DNA of 64,000 bases from Lachnospiraceae bacterium (lineage in GTDB: Bacteria; Bacillota; Clostridia; Lachnospirales; Lachnospiraceae), in contig JAAVAC010000021.1 of NCBI GenBank assembly GCA_014804265.1, forward strand, positions 700 through 64,699, in the 5' to 3' direction. Within the stretch, counting starts at the first letter, position 1, and each line of letters starts with the position of its first letter. A program made the translations under genes and the position numbers. A model generated the notes under the pieces. It searched no databases. It saw only the letters and a program-made list of their open reading frames with translations, and had not been told where the DNA came from. Positions 58,328 through 64,000 of this stretch are shown in pieces.

Positions 58328-60736
58328 CTATTCTTCATACCCTTCACTTCCGCCTGAATCCTCCTGCTCATTCTCACTTGGGGTTCCAGATATATCTCCA
58401 ATAGCTGAAAACTGTGGGTCTGCATATTCCATCGTATCAGGGTCTACCTGATAACCGGTAAGGGGATCGATAATATTTCCGGTATTGTCATCATAGGTAT
58501 ATTCCGGCTTCTCTGCTTCCTCCTCCTGTTCAGTTTCTTCTTCCGACTCTTCCTCTTCTGTTCCTTCCTCTGTAGAATTGCCGCTGACAGTGCCCAGTAT
58601 CTGTAACCTTCGCAACTCCTCCTCCTGTTCTTCTGTCAACTGCTCCGTGCGGAAAATATTCATATAGGGAAGAATTTCCGTAAAAATTCCTTTTGCGATT
58701 TCCTGGGCAAAAGTGGAATGGGGCTGATCCGCTACATTCGGCCGATCCACCACTACATATACTACCACCTGGGGATCATCAGCTGGCGCATATCCGATAA
58801 AGGATACTACATATTGTCCCTGCTTACGGGGGTAGGTTTCTGCTGTCCCCGTTTTGCCGCCAATCAGATAGCCTGCCGGTACTGCTGTTGTCGCCGTTCC
58901 TGTTACACAGACTGCATTCAGATAAGTCTTCATCTTTTCGGATGTCTCTGTAGATACTACCTGCTTCAGCACTCTTGGCGCTATCGTTTCTGCAGTAGAG
59001 CCGTCGGGATTTTGAATTTCCGTAGCAATATGGGGTTCATAATAATATCCTCCGTTAATAATAGAACAGAATGCGCTTGCCAACTGTATCATCGTCACCT
59101 TATATCCCTGTCCAAAAGTAGAAATAGCCAAATCGGATCTTACCATGGAATCCACATCATAAATCAGATTGGCAGTTCTGGCTTCTCCCGCCAGATCTAT
59201 ATTTGTTTTCAGCCCTACATTAAAATTGGTCAGATATTTCATGAATGTTTCCGTCCCAATAGCATCTCCTATATGCATCAGCGCCACATTGCAGGACTGC
59301 TCTAAGGCACCTGACACATTTAAGTTTCCATGCCCGTTTGTTTTATGGCAATGAATATGATGGCCGCTTACCTCCAGCTGACCGGAACAATCATAATATT
59401 CATTGCCTGTTATTTTTCCGGAGTCCAATCCAGTCGCAATTGTCATTGTCTTTGCGGTGGAACCGGGCTCATAGGCATCCTGGATACAATAATTTCTCCA
59501 CAATGTCTGCAATGTATCAAGATAGGTATCCTCTTCTTCCATTTTTGCAATTTCTGTGTCGGAATAATAAGCGGAAATATCTCTTGGATTGTTCAGATCG
59601 TAATCCGGATAGGCTGCCATTGCCATAACATTTCCTGTTTTTGGATTCATAACGATTACACCTGTATGTTTGCTTCCAAGCTCGCCCTGTCTGAATTCCC
59701 CTTTATGCTCTTCATTAAACTGTTTAATATATTTTTCCACAATCTTCTGAATATTGACATCTAAAGAGGTAACCACGTTTTTTCCATCCACTGCCGCCTT
59801 CGTAGTACGTTCCAGCTCGGAATCATCATTTAAATATCCGTATTCCCTTCCGTTGGTACCGTTTAAGGTATCACTGTAATATGCTTCCAGTCCATTTGTG
59901 CCGATATTGTCCCTGCTTGTAAAGCCTAATACATGACAGGCAAGGCTTCCATAAGGATATACTCTTTTGTATTCTTCCTCAAACCAGATCCCCTTAACAT
60001 TGGCCCCCTTTTCTTTATCCTTCTGCAATTCTAAAAAAGGACTGATTTCTTCATAGGTAAGCTGTTTTTTTACTACAAAGTATTTATCATTGGGCTTTTC
60101 TGCCAGATGGTTCCTGATTTCATTGGCATCCACTCCAAAACAGGTATTCAGGGCAGTTACCGTAGGCTCCACATATGCCTGCTTGGAATTGATGACACTG
60201 GCATCCACCACTAAATTGTATACCTTTTCGCTATATGCCAGCCTTGTTCCTTTCGCATCAATAATGTCCCCTCTTTTATATGGAAGTACTTTGCTACTAT
60301 ATTCCTGTTGGGAAAGCACCTGTTTCTTATAATTTTCGCTGTCTTCTCGATTGATTGCATAAAGCCTCAGGCTTAAACCTAGGAAAGCTAACAGTACTAC
60401 GATAAATAGCACTGCTAGCTTTTTCTGCATTCTTATGGTAAATCTTGCGGCGATTCCCTTTAAAGCTGTTTCCTGCCGCCGGGCAAACCTATCCTGCGAA
60501 TTCATTCTTCCTGGAATGCTTCTGTTTTCCGGGTTCCTGCCGTTTCTTTCCGCTCTTGTGTCTTCCCGATTCCGGATGCTTCTTTCCGGCCTTCTATTTT
60601 CCTGATTCCGGATGCTTCTTTCCAGCCTTCTATCGTCTAAATTCCGGATGTTCCTTTCCACTCTTCTATCATCCAGATTCCGGATGTTTCTTTGAGGGTT
60701 TCGATTTCTTTGATGATTTCTATTTTCTATACTCAT
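58328..60736 (-). CDS. class B penicillin-binding protein with repeat-containing N-terminal extension and acidic C-terminal tail
   Basis: Transpeptidase motifs STAK, SCN, KTGT. About 100-aa Arg/Asn-rich cytoplasmic extension with 13-aa tandem repeats. C-terminal Glu-rich tail. Confidence 0.9.
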   Translation of the reverse strand: MSIENRNHQRNRNPQRNIRNLDDRRVERNIRNLDDRRLERSIRNQENRRPERSIRNREDTRAERNGRNPENRSIPGRMNSQDRFARRQETALKGIAARFTIRMQKKLAVLFIVVLLAFLGLSLRLYAINREDSENYKKQVLSQQEYSSKVLPYKRGDIIDAKGTRLAYSEKVYNLVVDASVINSKQAYVEPTVTALNTCFGVDANEIRNHLAEKPNDKYFVVKKQLTYEEISPFLELQKDKEKGANVKGIWFEEEYKRVYPYGSLACHVLGFTSRDNIGTNGLEAYYSDTLNGTNGREYGYLNDDSELERTTKAAVDGKNVVTSLDVNIQKIVEKYIKQFNEEHKGEFRQGELGSKHTGVIVMNPKTGNVMAMAAYPDYDLNNPRDISAYYSDTEIAKMEEEDTYLDTLQTLWRNYCIQDAYEPGSTAKTMTIATGLDSGKITGNEYYDCSGQLEVSGHHIHCHKTNGHGNLNVSGALEQSCNVALMHIGDAIGTETFMKYLTNFNVGLKTNIDLAGEARTANLIYDVDSMVRSDLAISTFGQGYKVTMIQLASAFCSIINGGYYYEPHIATEIQNPDGSTAETIAPRVLKQVVSTETSEKMKTYLNAVCVTGTATTAVPAGYLIGGKTGTAETYPRKQGQYVVSFIGYAPADDPQVVVYVVVDRPNVADQPHSTFAQEIAKGIFTEILPYMNIFRTEQLTEEQEEELRRLQILGTVSGNSTEEGTEEEESEEETEQEEEAEKPEYTYDDNTGNIIDPLTGYQVDPDTMEYADPQFSAIGDISGTPSENEQEDSGGSEGYEE

Positions 60737-60753
60737 GCATTTTCCCTTCAGAT

Positions 60754-61251
60754 TTACGGCATTTCGGTGTACTGGCGAACATAGTCGTCCTTTGCACCTT
60801 CCACCTTGATTACTTGTCCTTCTTCTGCATACTTCATACCCAATTCCTCAATGGCTATCCTTTTCACTTCTTCTAAATCCACATTGCTGACAGCCCTGCT
60901 GTACTCTTCATTATTCTTTAAACGCAGATCATTTAATTCGCTTTCCATGGCTGCGATTTTCTCCATAGCCATTGTATTATCCGACTGAAGCCGGATATAT
61001 CCAATCAGGACACCGGCCGCCACCATCATGGCCATTGCCAGAAACAGCACATATCCTAAGCTCATCCTTGCCGCTTTCTCTCTGTTCTTCCTTGCGGTAT
61101 GACTCAGCTTTTTTATAGGTTCTTCTTCAATAGCTGTGGTAACGTCCAGTCTTCTTACAGTATTTCCATATACGTAGGAACTGTTTCCCCTTGTCCTTCC
61201 ATCGTATGTATTTCTTCTTTGATGATTTGTTCTAACTTGTCTTGCTGTCAT
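60754..61251 (-). CDS. ftsL: FtsL-like cell division protein
   Basis: Basic N-terminus, one TM segment (GYVLFLAMAMMVAAGVLIGYI), and a coiled-coil ectodomain. Position is between rsmH and the PBP. Start at MTARQ after AAGGAAA. Confidence 0.75.
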   Translation of the reverse strand: MTARQVRTNHQRRNTYDGRTRGNSSYVYGNTVRRLDVTTAIEEEPIKKLSHTARKNREKAARMSLGYVLFLAMAMMVAAGVLIGYIRLQSDNTMAMEKIAAMESELNDLRLKNNEEYSRAVSNVDLEEVKRIAIEELGMKYAEEGQVIKVEGAKDDYVRQYTEMP

Positions 61252-61255
61252 ATTT

Positions 61256-62191
61256 CTATTTCCTTTTCTCAAAAATTCTTAGCTTTGCGCTTTTGGAACG
61301 TTTATTCTCTTCCATTTCTTCTTTCCCCGGAAGGATTGGCTTTCTTGTTATCACCTTTCCCTTAGATTGTTTTCCACACACGCATACTGGAAAATCAGGA
61401 GGACATGTACACGGAACTTCACTTCTGCGGTACGCATTTTTGACTATGCGATCCTCTAAGGAATGGAATGTAATAATGCAAAGCCTTCCGCCCGGATTCA
61501 ACAGGTCTATCATGTCATCCAATGTATCTCTTAACACGTCCAATTCTCTGTTACAGGCAATCCGAATCGCCTGAAAGGTTTTCTTAGAAGGATGTCCGCT
61601 GCCCGCCCGCATTTTGGCTGGTATTGCCGCCTTAATGACTTCATTTAACTGGTATGTGGTCAGAATCGGCTCCTTTTCTCTTTCTCTTACAATATGCTTT
61701 GCAATGTTTTTGGCAAAGCTGTCTTCTCCATAATCTTTTATCATATGATACAACTCTGTTTCCGAGTATCCATTGACGATATCCTTTGCAGTCAGGCTCT
61801 GTCTTCTATCCATGCGCATGTCAAGCTCTGTATCATATTTATAGGAAAAGCCTCTTTCTAACGTATCCAATTGGTAAGAGGACACTCCTAAATCCAGTAC
61901 GATACCGTCCACGGATAATATTTCCTGTTCTTTCAGAACCTGCTTCATCGACTCATAATTGCTTCTTACAATGGTAACGTTATCAGAAAATTCCTTTAAC
62001 CGCTCACCCGCCGCCATAATAGCAGCTTCATCCTGGTCGATTCCTATCAGCCTTCCGCTTTTCAACTGTCTGGCTATTTCATAAGCATGTCCCCCGCCGC
62101 CTAAGGTGCCATCCACATAAATGCCATCCGGCTTTACTTTCAATCCTTCAATTGTTTCTTTTAATAGCACCGATTTATGTGAAAATGTCAT
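61256..62191 (-). CDS. rsmH: 16S rRNA (cytosine1402-N4)-methyltransferase
   Basis: Start at [12 protein letters not shown] after [26 protein letters not shown], and ITFHSLEDR motifs. Confidence 0.95.
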   Translation of the reverse strand: MTFSHKSVLLKETIEGLKVKPDGIYVDGTLGGGGHAYEIARQLKSGRLIGIDQDEAAIMAAGERLKEFSDNVTIVRSNYESMKQVLKEQEILSVDGIVLDLGVSSYQLDTLERGFSYKYDTELDMRMDRRQSLTAKDIVNGYSETELYHMIKDYGEDSFAKNIAKHIVREREKEPILTTYQLNEVIKAAIPAKMRAGSGHPSKKTFQAIRIACNRELDVLRDTLDDMIDLLNPGGRLCIITFHSLEDRIVKNAYRRSEVPCTCPPDFPVCVCGKQSKGKVITRKPILPGKEEMEENKRSKSAKLRIFEKRK

Positions 62192-62241
62192 GTTCTCCTC
62201 TGCTTTTATGGGTCTCTTGAATGGAATCTGCCTTTCATCCA

Positions 62242-62673
62242 TTAAATGCTAAATCCCAATTCCGCCATATGTTCTGCGATTTCTTCCATATCGTCATAAT
62301 TGCATGTGCCTTCAAATCTTTCCCTGCTCCAGATTTCTATCCGGCTTCCCACACCAATCAGTGTCACATCCTTCTCTAAATCTGCAAATTCCCGGAGCAC
62401 ATTGGGTACAAGAATCCTTCCCTGCTTGTCCACTTCCACGCTGGCCGCTCCTGCCAGGAAGAAACGTACGAATTGTCTGGCATCTTTATTGGTGATGGGC
62501 AGTGATTTCAGCTTTTCTTCAAAAGCGCTCCATTCATTTTGGTCATACACAAAGAGACATCCGTCCAAACCTTTCGTCACTACAAATTCATCACCAAGTG
62601 CATCACGAAATTTTGAAGGGACAATGAGTCGGCCTTTTGCATCAATTGTATGACTGTACTCTCCCATGAACAT
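62242..62673 (-). CDS. mraZ: transcriptional regulator MraZ
   Basis: [23 protein letters not shown] plus a second SpoVT/AbrB-like repeat ([10 protein letters not shown]). ATG lies 5 nt after AGGTGA. Confidence 0.95.
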   Translation of the reverse strand: MFMGEYSHTIDAKGRLIVPSKFRDALGDEFVVTKGLDGCLFVYDQNEWSAFEEKLKSLPITNKDARQFVRFFLAGAASVEVDKQGRILVPNVLREFADLEKDVTLIGVGSRIEIWSRERFEGTCNYDDMEEIAEHMAELGFSI

Positions 62674-62718
62674 AATAATCACCTACGTGGTGTGGTTTTA
62701 ATAAATATGGGGTATATT

Positions 62719-62760
62719 TACCACTCTCTACCACTTTATACCACTTTCCACCACTTATGT
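62719..62760 (-). promoter_or_regulatory. candidate MraZ operator: four direct AGTGGT repeats at exact 10-bp spacing
   Basis: Minus strand reads ATAAGTGGTG GAAAGTGGTA TAAAGTGGTA GAGAGTGGTA. A TATAAA hexamer lies just upstream, and the site ends 46 nt before the mraZ ATG. Confidence 0.65.
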
Positions 62761-62980
62761 GACCATTTTATACTATTGAGAGTGGTATTACAAGCTTTTT
62801 TTTAGAATTCTGGGCAAAAAAAAATACGCCTGATTCGGCATATTTTTCATGGGTTCTATATGTTGTGGGAACGTGTTTTCGGTGTGCTATATGCTGGGAA
62901 ATGGTTTAGAAGGGGGGATAGACGGATGCGGATGCGGAAGAGGGATGTGGGTGGATTTGCCTGTACCTTCTGTGAAAGCA

Positions 62981-63105
62981 GATGCCTTGATTTAGATATG
63001 CTATATAAAAATGCGCTTATTTAAAATATGCATATTTAAAGTACATCATTTTAAGATGCGCTATTTTAAGATACACTTATTTTAAAATTCACCGATATAA
63101 AGATA
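62981..63105. repeat. about eight tandem ~15-nt AT-rich repeats (consensus ryrcnwATTTAArAT)
   Basis: Read by eye: gcgcttatttaaaat / atgcatatttaaagt / acatcattttaagat / gcgctattttaagat / acacttattttaaaatt ... Confidence 0.6.
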
Positions 63106-63160
63106 CTCCTAAACAGCAAACATCTCATCAATTATGAAATGCCGGCCTTTACGATACACA

Positions 63161-63298
63161 GTAGGAGCTGCCATATAGTAGCCTTAGGGGCCTTGGCAAA
63201 GTCGCCGGCACTTACGCACCGTATTTTGGTGCGTTAGTACCGCTGCGTCTTTGCAGAGCGAAAGCGTGCCCCAAAGACTACTATATGGCAGCTCCTAC
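63161..63298. repeat. 138-nt long hairpin element, copy B
   Basis: 63161-63181 is the exact reverse complement of 63278-63298. The interior 63192-63267 differs from copy A at only 4 positions. Confidence 0.85.
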
Positions 63299-63327
63299 GT
63301 CCCCCCGCCAAAAGCCCCATCCAATTT

Positions 63328-64000
63328 TCATACCATCTTTTCCATCTTTTTCATACGAATCCTCACCACCACATCAACAGCCACTGCCACCACAAACATG
63401 GTAATCCCCAGCATTTGGGAAACTGCAATATTGGTATGGGGGAGTAAAAGCTGGTCGGTACGCAGTCCTTCAATCCAGAATCGTCCCAGTCCATATCCAC
63501 CAAGATAAACCAAGGCTAACTCACCATTGAATTTCTTGTGCTTTCTGTAAAGCATCATAAAGGTAAGAATGCCCACATTCCAAAGGCTTTCGTAGAGGAA
63601 AGTGGGATGAACCTGGATGTAATTGGTTCCTTCTGCTATATGGGCAGACAGATCTGCCGATATATCGGACTTTCTTACAGCTTCTATGGGAAGGCGCATG
63701 GCAAGGGGATTGTCCGTGTATCCGCCAAAGCATTCCCGATTCATGAAATTCGCCCAGCGTCCGATAATCTGTCCTAAAATCAATGCCGGCACTCCTGTAT
63801 CCGCCATTAAGAAGGGGGAAACTTTTTTAATCTTCGCATATATGAACAAGGTGGTGAAGGCACCGATTACCGTTCCATAAATGGCTATGCCTCCTTCCCT
63901 TAAATTGAAAATGCTCAGCAGATTATCTTTATAATTGTCCCAGGAAAAGATAACATAGTAGGTTCTTGAGCCACAGATGGAAAAGAAAATGGCATACATG
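63328..64000 (-). CDS. lgt: prolipoprotein diacylglyceryl transferase (5' end beyond the window)
   Basis: GGIAIYGTVIG, GRWANFMNRECFG, and HPTFLYESLWN blocks. The ORF is open to the window end. Confidence 0.9.
   Translation of the reverse strand, partial: MYAIFFSICGSRTYYVIFSWDNYKDNLLSIFNLREGGIAIYGTVIGAFTTLFIYAKIKKVSPFLMADTGVPALILGQIIGRWANFMNRECFGGYTDNPLAMRLPIEAVRKSDISADLSAHIAEGTNYIQVHPTFLYESLWNVGILTFMMLYRKHKKFNGELALVYLGGYGLGRFWIEGLRTDQLLLPHTNIAVSQMLGITMFVVAVAVDVVVRIRMKKMEKMV

Overview
This is a chromosomal segment from a spore-forming Clostridia genome (Lachnospiraceae-like by gene content). Almost every gene is on the minus strand.

**Core blocks**
- 50.9-62.7 kb: a division and cell-wall (dcw) plus early-sporulation cluster, in the order mraZ-rsmH-ftsL-PBP-PBP-mraY-ftsW/spoVE-murA-ftsQ-ftsZ-spoIIGA-sigE-sigG.
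- 38.4-44.7 kb: yqeG-aroE-aroK-aroQ, efp, nrdR, ylmC and glpK.
- Also present: gdhA, a lone tRNA-Arg(CCG), and a partial lgt at the right edge.

**Accessory blocks**
- 0.8-5.4 kb: a sugar operon (ROK regulator, MFS transporter, GH13 glucosidase).
- 5.7-11.1 kb: a small conflict-type islet. It holds a hypothetical protein, an orphan DinJ antitoxin, and an archaeo-eukaryotic primase (AEP) fused to an SF2 helicase and a PLD-like domain. That fusion gene is split by a 1-nt homopolymer frameshift. A GNAT gene and a truncated aac(6') remnant sit upstream.
- 11.1-14.5 kb: alkylation-repair genes (ogt, a short MGMT, tag) around an mtnA plus class II aldolase pair.
- 15.3-22.1 kb: a chemoreceptor, then a two-component system with an ABC-2 transporter. 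One permease gene is frameshifted.
- 23.0-24.7 kb: a preQ1-I riboswitch controlling a radical-SAM gene and a YhhQ-type transporter.
- 25.2-32.0 kb: two tandem ECF sigma / anti-sigma pairs, followed by two paralogous lipoproteins.

**Least explained signal**
The least explained signal is non-coding. Two long intergenic regions (22.16-22.90 kb and 62.93-63.31 kb) share a colinear module: a G-rich 19-mer, then AT-rich tandem repeats, then a 140-150 nt near-perfect hairpin. The conserved core of the hairpin is flanked by stems that differ between the two copies by compensatory substitutions and a paired indel. Copy A also carries a 228-nt foldback with three GCCGTCC-type hairpin loops. I could not assign this module to any family from memory.
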